A DNA stretch of 64,000 nucleotides from Candidatus Levyibacteriota bacterium (GTDB taxonomy: Bacteria; Patescibacteriota; Microgenomatia; Levybacterales; UBA12049): the NCBI GenBank assembly GCA_963790825.1, contig CAWBPM010000002.1, forward strand, positions 618,815 to 682,814. Direction: 5' to 3'. This document shows, in pieces, positions 57,101 through 64,000 of this stretch. A program made the translations under genes and the position numbers. Within the stretch, counting starts at the first letter, position 1; each line of letters begins with the position of its first letter. The notes under the pieces are model-generated. The model searched no databases. It saw nothing but the letters and a program-made list of their open reading frames with translations, and was not told the origin of the DNA.

Positions 57101-58233
57101 TTACATTTACACCTACCAACGGCACTACTTCGACTGCCGGATCAGTGGTATATGATACCACATCCGGACAATACACTGTTCAGGGTTTATTGCCCGGATC
57201 ATACATAATTTCTTACTTAGGGCCTTTACCTGTCCACTATTTCCCTGTCTATCCGGTCGGTGCCCCTTTCCCGTCGTATGTTGTCACTGTCGGTCCCGGC
57301 TGCAGCGTTGACGGCACAACAGGAGGTAGTTGTGATCCTGCAGGTAGTATTTCAGATTTGGATTTCGCAATCAGCGATTCAACTCCCTGGATACAAATAC
57401 GAGGTTTAGACGGCAGATTCGATAATGGTTACGAAGATAAAATTCCTCCCGGTATTACGGCAGCTTGCGGACCATATGAAGCAGTTCCCCAATCTTCAAT
57501 TCCTCCGGCTACTCCCGGAATTATTTTCTCAGGTGACCAGACAAGTTTGTTTGACTCGGGATCATCATCTACTACCGGTTGGGTTGTCGGTGGGCCGACA
57601 TATCCGGAAGTATTTACCCCTAAAACTGCCGGCGTAATGAAAACTTCTTATAATTATCTTCTGAGTCTTGCTCAACAATCGAACGTACCAATTACCGATC
57701 TCTCAACCATTTGCAATCTGAGCAATTGTACTTTGCCTAACGGTCTTTCACACGGAGTTTACCAATCTAACGGTGATCTTACGTTAAATAGCTTTATATT
57801 CCAAGGAAATAGTAATTATGTCATATTGGTAGCTGGAAACTTACATGTTATGGGAAATATCCAAGTAACTTCCGGTAGTACTGCCATTTTTTCTGTTGGT
57901 AAAGATATTATTTTCGATAAAACTATCGGAGATCTTAATCCTATTTGTCCACCGACGTCTTCTCATATCGAAGGCTTATACAGTAGTGATCAGAACATCA
58001 TAATCGACGGTAATGACAATTGCGTGGTTGGTCCGGATAATATGCTAAACGTTCAAGGCGCATTGGTCGCCAATGCCGGTTCCACAGGCGGTTCGTTGCT
58101 TTTGCATAGAGATCTCTGCGGAAATAATTTTATTGGCCCGGCTTTAACTGTTACCCAGCGGCCTGATTTTATTCTAAATGCTCCTGATTTTATTAAGCAG
58201 CAAAACTATTTTTTCCAGGAAGTCGCCCCATAA
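54133..58233 (+). CDS. giant secreted surface protein: CBM4/9-like carbohydrate-binding modules + Cna-B/SdrD-type repeats + von Willebrand factor A domain + C-terminal beta-helix-like region
   Basis: Signal peptide FLGVFIALLLFQATSPVQKAYA. NLLQNPSFDTTSPNWPSPW...ITFWAKATTARTINVV is CBM4/9-like, and a second such module follows (GPNLITNPGCEADTSDWAG...VWVRTD). Repeated GNVYNDLNKNGAKD, GNVFVDTNDDGVQDGSETG and GTVYKDVNFNRRLD segments are SdrD-B/Cna-B-like. The vWA MIDAS motif is IMLVLDSSGSMGE...T...VIVFLTDG. Confidence 0.7.
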   Translation: MQFSLIKFYPKSLHVFRIFSTRFLGVFIALLLFQATSPVQKAYAQYAGNLLQNPSFDTTSPNWPSPWYMSVYPDAAATVTQDMSTYVDGNSSARVDINTASPTFWHIQLLQTDVPISQGVSYTITFWAKATTARTINVVDQMGLYPYNSYFSQDIDITTSWQQYTITFTAPVNDSRSLFTFNIGLQTGSVWFDATSFHFTLPDDYCYGQGVYLYTNINWTGACARFTADTPDLTSSIGNGTAQSVRLVGDYAATLYSGTNYTGSSSAVTSDVADLSTTDVGQKAVSSLQIAVPTPTPTILLAPTATPSGTTYSITGNVYNDLNKNGAKDLSPTWQQLTSTVTVDYNDRTSLGISVIMEGASGTDSFQVDDISLQLDSGPNLITNPGCEADTSDWAGTQATLSQDTTDFHSGSASCNVQQTTGDQFSISDQPATVSNPPMGQQYTATVWVRTDSLNKPVWLSITMSGGANPDVTTYSPAFAMNSSEPNYSGGAVIQLSDGEQTVTDANGNYAFNNEPSGTYTVSLASTSIYTPTTSSSQTIDLTSGDQTVNFGLYYTSYTLAGNVFVDTNDDGVQDGSETGFPAGTVTIAGPVSKQVTTDSAGNYSIPNLPTGIYIVQYALPFGYTTSTTNPVTISLVANTIVNFGLSPYTPAVLTNSCGAAAPEADIMLVLDSSGSMGEGSKIHDAIAAAQSFVDTVASQHPASQVGLVTYSTTVHIVDPLMQDHGANQTKLDHDLGTAVADGTTCGLCAMQEAVNQLESGHHGNDTRVIVFLTDGIENYLPGGHDQVPPQTAQDPILALADQEHNDHGTSFFTIGLGTDVDANFLQKLADDTEAKYYFTPTSDQLNSIYASIYYEITQGVGQVKGTVYKDVNFNRRLDAADLGLPSWIATLSNGTTTYTQVTDVSGNYTFTGICTGAYTLQEQAQPGWFQDSPRHPSNYAINVLNSSAITKKNFGNTQGYTVAGFVFDDRNKNQTFDSDETAFTSGLDITFTPTNGTTSTAGSVVYDTTSGQYTVQGLLPGSYIISYLGPLPVHYFPVYPVGAPFPSYVVTVGPGCSVDGTTGGSCDPAGSISDLDFAISDSTPWIQIRGLDGRFDNGYEDKIPPGITAACGPYEAVPQSSIPPATPGIIFSGDQTSLFDSGSSSTTGWVVGGPTYPEVFTPKTAGVMKTSYNYLLSLAQQSNVPITDLSTICNLSNCTLPNGLSHGVYQSNGDLTLNSFIFQGNSNYVILVAGNLHVMGNIQVTSGSTAIFSVGKDIIFDKTIGDLNPICPPTSSHIEGLYSSDQNIIIDGNDNCVVGPDNMLNVQGALVANAGSTGGSLLLHRDLCGNNFIGPALTVTQRPDFILNAPDFIKQQNYFFQEVAP

Positions 58234-58292
58234 AAAAAGCTTGCCTCTTCCTTATTGACAAGTTTGCCATAGTTTATTACGCTAATGTATAG

Positions 58293-61244
58293 ATGGAAAA
58301 TTCTACCGATCCTGTCGCGCGTATACCACGAAGTAAGGCAAGAATAGTAAGTATACTCTTCTTACTTCTCTTGGTTATTGCTATTCCGTTAACGGTTATT
58401 ACCTTGCAGCACCGTCAGGAAACCAGACAAAGGGCAAGTACTACGTCTATTCCCGCCTTCGTTCAAGAAAATGAAAATAAAATAACTTCCGGAACAACGG
58501 TCAGTACGACCTTTGCCAAACCAAACACTGCAGGTAATCTGATCGCTGTCTATGTGCTTTGGAACAACGCTGGGACAGCTTCGATAAAAGACAGTTTGGG
58601 AAATACCTACACCAGCGCAACTGGCCCTTTGAGTTGGAACAATAACACCTGGAGAGGACAGGTCTTTTACGCCAAAAATATCTTAGGTGGCTCCAACACG
58701 ATTACAGTCACCTTCTCGCAAGGTGTCACTTCTTTTGGCATTATGTATACACATGAGTATTCCGGCCTTGATCCTGCCAATCCTATTGATGTTACCCAGG
58801 GAGCAATTGGTACGTCTTCAGCTATGAGTAGCGGATTGGTAACGACAACCAATGCGAATGATCTTATCTTTGGAGCCGGAGCTTCAAGTGCAGGTATAAC
58901 CGCTGGAGAAAGTGGCTTTACTGTCAGAACAACTGGATATGGCAATATGACAGAAGACGAAGATGTGACTAATACCGGCTCGTATGCCGCAACAGCAACT
59001 CAGAATAGTGTTGCATGGATTATGCAAATGGTTGCTTTTAAAGCAGCTAGCACCACGCTTTCCCCAAGTCCAACTCTCGCCACAGGAACAGCTGGTGTTT
59101 GCAGTACAAATGCACCGGTTGACGTAGTTTTGCTTGTTGATACCTCTGGAAGTATGTCTGAGCCGGCACAATCTGGATCAACAGCAACAAAGATTACACA
59201 ACTAAAACAAGCAGCCACAAGCTTTGTTAACGGTGCTCTTGGACTAGCAAATAATAATTATGAAATAAGTCTTGTATCCTTCACAGATAAAGCAACCATA
59301 CTTTCAGATTTCACCAATAACGTCTCGACCTTAACATCCGACATAAACTCATTACAAGCAACGAACACCACCTGCACAGAATGCGGGGTAGACGCTGCTA
59401 ACCAAGAAATAACCAATCATGGCAGGAGCAATGTAAAAAAGGCTGTCATACTTCTAACCGATGGATTTGCAAACGTAATCGAAAAAACAGCCGGAAATTA
59501 CACAAGTTCAGTTGACCCTGCAAGCTGTACTGCAACTCAAAATAATGATAAAGCTTGTACGCTTGCTGAAACACCAACACTTTCATTAGTAACCACAGGA
59601 CACACTGCAAGCAATACAACATATTTTACAATTGGACTTGGCACAGCCGGAACTACAGTAAATCAAAACTTCCTCCAGCAAATTGCCGACAGCACGACAG
59701 GACAATACTATAACGATCCAACAGGAAACGATTTAACTAGTATCTATACCAATCTCCAAGAGGTCATAGGTCAAGGCGGCATAAGTGGTTTTGTCTTCAA
59801 TGATACCAATGCAAATGGCCAATACGATTCTACCGAAACGAAAGTGACGGGTAGAACTGTTACGCTCTCCTCAAGCGCGAGCGGAACCTCCACACAATCA
59901 ACCGTAACAGATGCGACAGGTGACTATTCGTTCGTTGGGCTATGTAACGGCAATTATACGATAACGGATAGCATTCCCTCAGGCAGCATTATTACCGACC
60001 CCAAGACAAATAACGGCGTATACATTGACACAATTACAAATGATCAAACAATCCCGAATCAAAACTTCGGAGAAGCAATAATTCCGACATCTACACCAAT
60101 ACCCACTCCCCCATCTGCTCCGGTAGTTACAATTAATGGTTGTATCACAGGACCTGTGAGTGGAACGAACAATTTAACCCTTTCCTGGAATGATAGTAAT
60201 GTCTCTTCAGTCAATATAGGGACAGACCCATCATATTCTACCTATTACGCTAAGAATGCTCCAGGAGTATTAAGCACAACAGCTCCCATAGGTTTTTTTG
60301 GGGGTAGCAGTAACGTCTCAGGATTACAACTCGTGCTTAGTCCTAATACCACTTACTATGCTACAGTTTGGGATGGAGTCACCAGTCAGCTAAGTAGTCA
60401 AGCTCCTTTCTCACTTTCTCTTTGCGCCACTCCAACTCCGACGGTAACATTAACACCGACACCAAAGCCGACGAATACACCCACTCCCACTGCGACTCCT
60501 GTACCGACGTCTACCCTAACACCCACACCCCGCCCGACGAATACACCTACTCCAACCCCAACTTTTACTCCTACACCTACTCCAAGACCAACCAGCACTC
60601 CGACACCTATTCCTACCGATACGCCCTTCCCAACCAGTACGCCGGTACCCCTAGCTACTACCCTTAATTTTACAGTGTTCCTCCACGGTATCGGAAACAG
60701 TGGAGATAATGCCAACCCGAATACTTTTTCTTTAAGTAATCACAGCCCGCTTCACCCGGAACGCCCAGCTACTATCGAAGTGTATGATAGTAATAATCAA
60801 CTCGTTAAAAGCACTACGGGTACACTCACGTACAGCAGTAATGCAGGAAATTTCACCGCCAATACTATTAGCCTAGGGACAGCATTTACTACCGGAGATT
60901 ACAATATTAAAATAAAAACAGATCGCTATCTGAAAAAATTAGTGCCGGGAATAGTACACATTACTGCCGGACAAAGTAATCTTGTACCAACGGTAACACT
61001 GGTTGCCGGAGATATTAACGGGGATAATAATTTAAATATCCTTGATTACAATACCTTGCTTGATTGCGGCTATGGAGCGTTTACTCCGCTTCCCATGACT
61101 GATCCGAACTCTCTTTATAACAGTGCTTCCTGTCAATCTCACCAGCCGTATGTGGCCAATGCTGATCTTAACGACGACGGAACTGTGGACTATACTGACT
61201 TCAATTTATTTGTCCGCGAGTTATCTGTACAAAATGGAGATTAA
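58293..61244 (+). CDS. membrane-anchored surface protein: lectin-like beta-sandwich + vWA + SdrD-B repeat + Pro/Thr linker + conserved beta module + C-terminal dockerin-type double EF-hand
   Basis: N-terminal TM helix [21 protein letters not shown]. vWA MIDAS motif [13 protein letters not shown]...[37 protein letters not shown] is SdrD-B-like. The (PT)n linker spans 60420-60660. The C-terminus [20 protein letters not shown]...[22 protein letters not shown] matches the dockerin calcium-binding loop pattern D.N.DG....D..L twice. Confidence 0.7.
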   Translation: MENSTDPVARIPRSKARIVSILFLLLLVIAIPLTVITLQHRQETRQRASTTSIPAFVQENENKITSGTTVSTTFAKPNTAGNLIAVYVLWNNAGTASIKDSLGNTYTSATGPLSWNNNTWRGQVFYAKNILGGSNTITVTFSQGVTSFGIMYTHEYSGLDPANPIDVTQGAIGTSSAMSSGLVTTTNANDLIFGAGASSAGITAGESGFTVRTTGYGNMTEDEDVTNTGSYAATATQNSVAWIMQMVAFKAASTTLSPSPTLATGTAGVCSTNAPVDVVLLVDTSGSMSEPAQSGSTATKITQLKQAATSFVNGALGLANNNYEISLVSFTDKATILSDFTNNVSTLTSDINSLQATNTTCTECGVDAANQEITNHGRSNVKKAVILLTDGFANVIEKTAGNYTSSVDPASCTATQNNDKACTLAETPTLSLVTTGHTASNTTYFTIGLGTAGTTVNQNFLQQIADSTTGQYYNDPTGNDLTSIYTNLQEVIGQGGISGFVFNDTNANGQYDSTETKVTGRTVTLSSSASGTSTQSTVTDATGDYSFVGLCNGNYTITDSIPSGSIITDPKTNNGVYIDTITNDQTIPNQNFGEAIIPTSTPIPTPPSAPVVTINGCITGPVSGTNNLTLSWNDSNVSSVNIGTDPSYSTYYAKNAPGVLSTTAPIGFFGGSSNVSGLQLVLSPNTTYYATVWDGVTSQLSSQAPFSLSLCATPTPTVTLTPTPKPTNTPTPTATPVPTSTLTPTPRPTNTPTPTPTFTPTPTPRPTSTPTPIPTDTPFPTSTPVPLATTLNFTVFLHGIGNSGDNANPNTFSLSNHSPLHPERPATIEVYDSNNQLVKSTTGTLTYSSNAGNFTANTISLGTAFTTGDYNIKIKTDRYLKKLVPGIVHITAGQSNLVPTVTLVAGDINGDNNLNILDYNTLLDCGYGAFTPLPMTDPNSLYNSASCQSHQPYVANADLNDDGTVDYTDFNLFVRELSVQNGD
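60420..60660. repeat. Pro/Thr-linker coding repeats ([10 protein letters not shown]...)
   Basis: Degenerate tandem ACNCCNAC-type codon repeats. They generate spurious antisense ORFs at 60398-60715 and 60422-60667. Confidence 0.8.
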
Positions 61245-62559
61245 TAAAAAAAAAATTATTCACAAAGATGTATTCATAGGTTTGATTTTGGGACTTCTGG
61301 TTATTAGTATTCCCTTAACTGTTTTTATTTTGCAAAAATCACAGGAGAGCCGGTCTCGTGCTACTGCTGCTACGACCCTTTCTTTTATGCCCGCTTCTAC
61401 CCAGACCAGTCCGCTTCAGTTTACCGTGAATGATAGTTTTATACTTAATCCGACAATTAATCCCGGCACCAATTTAGTCACTTTGGTAAAATTGGAAATT
61501 ACCTATGATCCGTCTAAACTTGCACCGAACGGCGCGAATTCATTCGCGCCGAATACTGCAGCATTTCCGGTTATTACGCAACAGCCCATTTATTCCCCTG
61601 GGGTTATTCAAGTAATTATGGAAATCGGTAGCAACCCCACTAATGCAATTCAGACAACAACCAGCCTGGGTACGATTAGTTTTAATGCGCTTTCTCCAAC
61701 AACTTCGGGAACTCCGACACAGGTAGTTTATACAACTACTTCTGAAGTGCTTTCACTTGGCAGTAATGACCAAGCTGCAGAAAATGTGCTTTCTTCAACA
61801 ACTCCTGCTTTTATCGAAATCAATTCACCAATTCCGACTCCCACTAATACCCCTGTTCCTACATTAACTCCGACACCAACATTACTTCCGACGAATACTC
61901 CCACCCCAACACCTACCAGTACGCCGATTCCGACGGATACGCCTTTCCCGACCAGTACTCCGGTACCGTTGTCCACAGTCCTTAACTTCACTGTCTTTCT
62001 CCACGGCATCGGCAACAGCGGAGACAACGCTAACCCGAATACTTTTTCTTTAAGTAATCACAATCCGCTACATCCGGAGCGTAATCTCTCAGTTGAGATT
62101 TATGATAAGACAAATCAGTTTGTTTCTTCGTCTTCAGGAACTCTCGTGTTTGACGCGAATGCAGGAAACTTTAGCGCAAGTATTGATATGGGGACTGCTT
62201 TTTTGACAGGTGATTATAATATTTACATCAAATCAGATAAATATCTCAAGAAACTTATTCCCGGAATTCAAAAAATAACAGCCGGACAAACAAATACTGC
62301 AGTAGTAACAACGCTTATTGCCGGAGATATCAATGACGATAATACGCTTGATATTCTTGATTATAATGCCCTTTTAGATTGCGGCTATGGAGAAATAACC
62401 TCGCTTCCCATGACAGATCCGAATTCCGTATTTAATAGCGCGATGTGCCAAGCACACCAACCGTATACTATTAATACAGATTTGAATGATGACGGGATTA
62501 TTGATGCAACCGACTTTAATCTTTTTATTCGTGAACTATCTGTACAAAATGGAGATTAA
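61234..62559 (+). CDS. membrane-anchored cohesin-like + Pro/Thr linker + conserved beta module + dockerin protein (paralog 2)
   Basis: Start taken at [12 protein letters not shown] (ATG 61234-61236, overlapping the stop of the upstream gene). TM helix [21 protein letters not shown]. The N-terminal domain [39 protein letters not shown]...[10 protein letters not shown] resembles cohesin strands, including the YDP..L motif. The C-terminal 190 aa are about 85% DNA-identical to 60640-61244, including the dockerin repeats [20 protein letters not shown] and [22 protein letters not shown]. Confidence 0.65.
   Translation: MEINKKKIIHKDVFIGLILGLLVISIPLTVFILQKSQESRSRATAATTLSFMPASTQTSPLQFTVNDSFILNPTINPGTNLVTLVKLEITYDPSKLAPNGANSFAPNTAAFPVITQQPIYSPGVIQVIMEIGSNPTNAIQTTTSLGTISFNALSPTTSGTPTQVVYTTTSEVLSLGSNDQAAENVLSSTTPAFIEINSPIPTPTNTPVPTLTPTPTLLPTNTPTPTPTSTPIPTDTPFPTSTPVPLSTVLNFTVFLHGIGNSGDNANPNTFSLSNHNPLHPERNLSVEIYDKTNQFVSSSSGTLVFDANAGNFSASIDMGTAFLTGDYNIYIKSDKYLKKLIPGIQKITAGQTNTAVVTTLIAGDINDDNTLDILDYNALLDCGYGEITSLPMTDPNSVFNSAMCQAHQPYTINTDLNDDGIIDATDFNLFIRELSVQNGD
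61835..61975. repeat. Pro/Thr-linker coding repeats in paralog 2
   Basis: [45 protein letters not shown]; spurious antisense ORF at 61728-62027. Confidence 0.8.
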
Positions 62560-62575
62560 TAAAAAACACTAAACT

Positions 62576-64000
62576 ATGAGAGGCTTTTTAAGTTCTAAAA
62601 GAAATGCATCTTTGGCCTTACTGACGCTTCTACTTCTTATCAGTTTGCCGGTAACCCTAATCGTCTTGCAAAAACCTCAGGAAGATAGAAGTCATGCGCA
62701 GGCTTCAACCTTGCTTTCGTTTAGTCCCGCTTCAACACAGACTTCTCCTACGCAAGTAAGTCTTAATGATTCGGTCAGTTTACAGCCGATGCTAGACCCG
62801 GGAAATAATTTAGTCTCGATAGTAAAATTAGAAATTGATTATGATCCTACTAAGCTTGCGCCTGATGGTACAAATGCTTTTACCCCAAACACGACATCTT
62901 TCCCCACTGTTCTCGAAGGGCCGATATATGACTCAGGTAAAATGCAGGTCCTCATATCTGTTGGTTCAGACCCGACCAAAGCCATAAGTACGCCAACTTC
63001 TCTCGGAACAATAAAACTAAAAGCAATTTCTCCAACAAATAATGCTACAACAGAAGTAACATATAATACAAATGTCGTCCAAATACTTTCTGTCGCCTCG
63101 TCCGACCAGGCAGCTGAGAATGTTTTTTCCTCAGCCACTCCTGCTTATATTTCAATAAACTCTTCTTCAACGCCAACGATAACAACAATGCCAACCTCAA
63201 CCAATGTAAAAATAATTTCTCCGGCGCTGAATGATACTATATGCATGGGTAAGCCCTATACTATTACCTGGCAAGGAACGACAGACATACAAGGCATCAT
63301 GTTTCAAATAGTCTCCCCGCAACCAAACAGTTTTGCTGTACCCATATCATCGGTTTTAGCCATAAATGGTCAGCCTGTTTCCGGAAAAAGCGGGTATATC
63401 CAAGACTCATACATCTGGACCGTCGGCCAGTTGCTCAGTAATCAGTTTGGTGCACTCGCCCCAGGTTTCGGCTATAAGCTTGAGGCGTTGGCATATGTCG
63501 GTAACTCTGATACAGTTTTTGATAGCGATTTATTTAGTATCTCTAATAATAGCAATTGCAGCAACACACCAACTCTTGTTCCAACAAGTACCCCTATACC
63601 TAGTACTACTTTAAGCCTAGCTATATTTCTACACGGCGTTGGCTTAAGTGGAGATAATGTAAACGAAAACAATTCAGATCTTAGCAATAAAATGCCCCTG
63701 CACCCTGAACGTAACCTAATAGTAGAGTTCACAAATGACCAAAACAAGCTCTTGGCGACAGCTAATACGACAATTACCTATAATAGTGATCTTGGCGATT
63801 TTATCGGTACTGTTCCAGTACCCAACGTTGTTGGGAACGGATCATACAACATAACGGTAAAAACCGACAAGTATCTCAGAAAACTTGTTTCGGGTATTCA
63901 AAATCTAAGGTTATATCAAATGAATACTTTACCCAAAATTACACTCACTGCCGGAGATGTTAATGGCGATAATAAGCTAGATCTGCTTGACTATAATATA
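62576..64000 (+). CDS. membrane-anchored cohesin-like + beta module + dockerin protein (paralog 3), 3' end beyond window
   Basis: Not in the ORF track because there is no stop in the window. I translated it without stops from ATG 62576 to 63999: MRGFLSSKRNASLALLTLLLLISLPVTLIVLQKPQ...[52 protein letters not shown]... It is collinear with paralog 2. Later segments are LAIFLHGVGLSGDNVNENNSDLSNKMPLHPERN, ...ITVKTDKYLRKLVSGIQ, and ...TAGDVNGDNKLDLLDYNI, the first dockerin loop. Confidence 0.65.
   Translation, partial: MRGFLSSKRNASLALLTLLLLISLPVTLIVLQKPQEDRSHAQASTLLSFSPASTQTSPTQVSLNDSVSLQPMLDPGNNLVSIVKLEIDYDPTKLAPDGTNAFTPNTTSFPTVLEGPIYDSGKMQVLISVGSDPTKAISTPTSLGTIKLKAISPTNNATTEVTYNTNVVQILSVASSDQAAENVFSSATPAYISINSSSTPTITTMPTSTNVKIISPALNDTICMGKPYTITWQGTTDIQGIMFQIVSPQPNSFAVPISSVLAINGQPVSGKSGYIQDSYIWTVGQLLSNQFGALAPGFGYKLEALAYVGNSDTVFDSDLFSISNNSNCSNTPTLVPTSTPIPSTTLSLAIFLHGVGLSGDNVNENNSDLSNKMPLHPERNLIVEFTNDQNKLLATANTTITYNSDLGDFIGTVPVPNVVGNGSYNITVKTDKYLRKLVSGIQNLRLYQMNTLPKITLTAGDVNGDNKLDLLDYNI

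Noticed and set aside
60398-60715. Antisense/alternate-frame ORFs (GVGVGV..., [10 protein letters not shown]...) across the Pro/Thr linker, and the similar 61728-62027 ORF
   Set aside because: Artefacts of the repetitive ACN/CCN codon linker. The sense-frame genes have coherent domain architecture.

Overview
This 64-kb window looks like a streamlined, low-GC bacterial chromosome segment with a Candidate-Phyla-Radiation (CPR)/Patescibacteria-like gene style; the taxonomic call is an inference. Short housekeeping clusters are broken up by accessory material. The housekeeping genes I can support are dnaX-ybaB, ybeY-rpsU, HIT, a DHH phosphoesterase, proS, zwf-gnd and a separate pgl (oxidative pentose phosphate pathway), rseP, frr, rpsB-tsf, glyA, serC, a serB-serA fusion, a folA/thyA/dcd dTMP-folate neighbourhood and an ABC exporter. 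The accessory content includes two IS481-like DDE transposases (one cut by the window start), an acyltransferase-3 pseudogene with one in-frame TAA, several blocks of unrecognisable hypothetical genes with apparently higher GC, and several families of short dispersed repeats. The repeats are TRAATTY heptamer/inverted-repeat elements, a mosaic intergenic repeat with a 36-nt identical core, and a 12-copy ATAACCA microsatellite in a divergent promoter. The most striking region is 51.5-64 kb, a cell-surface locus. It encodes a secreted glycoside-hydrolase-like protein, a Cys-rich protein with a TrbC/VirB2-like tail, and a 1366-aa CBM4/9 + Cna-B/SdrD + vWA giant protein. These are followed by three tandem membrane-anchored paralogs that carry C-terminal dockerin-type double EF-hand repeats, two of them with an N-terminal cohesin-like domain, which would be a cellulosome-style cohesin-dockerin surface assembly system. 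Other notable points are a conserved dnaX -1 frameshift signal (tandem A-rich slippery heptamers, each followed by a -1-frame stop), a GC-rich hairpin-forming in-frame insertion in dnaX, and a 2.1-kb two-gene insertion flanked by direct repeats of the folA 3' end. I found no rRNA, tRNA or CRISPR array that I could support.
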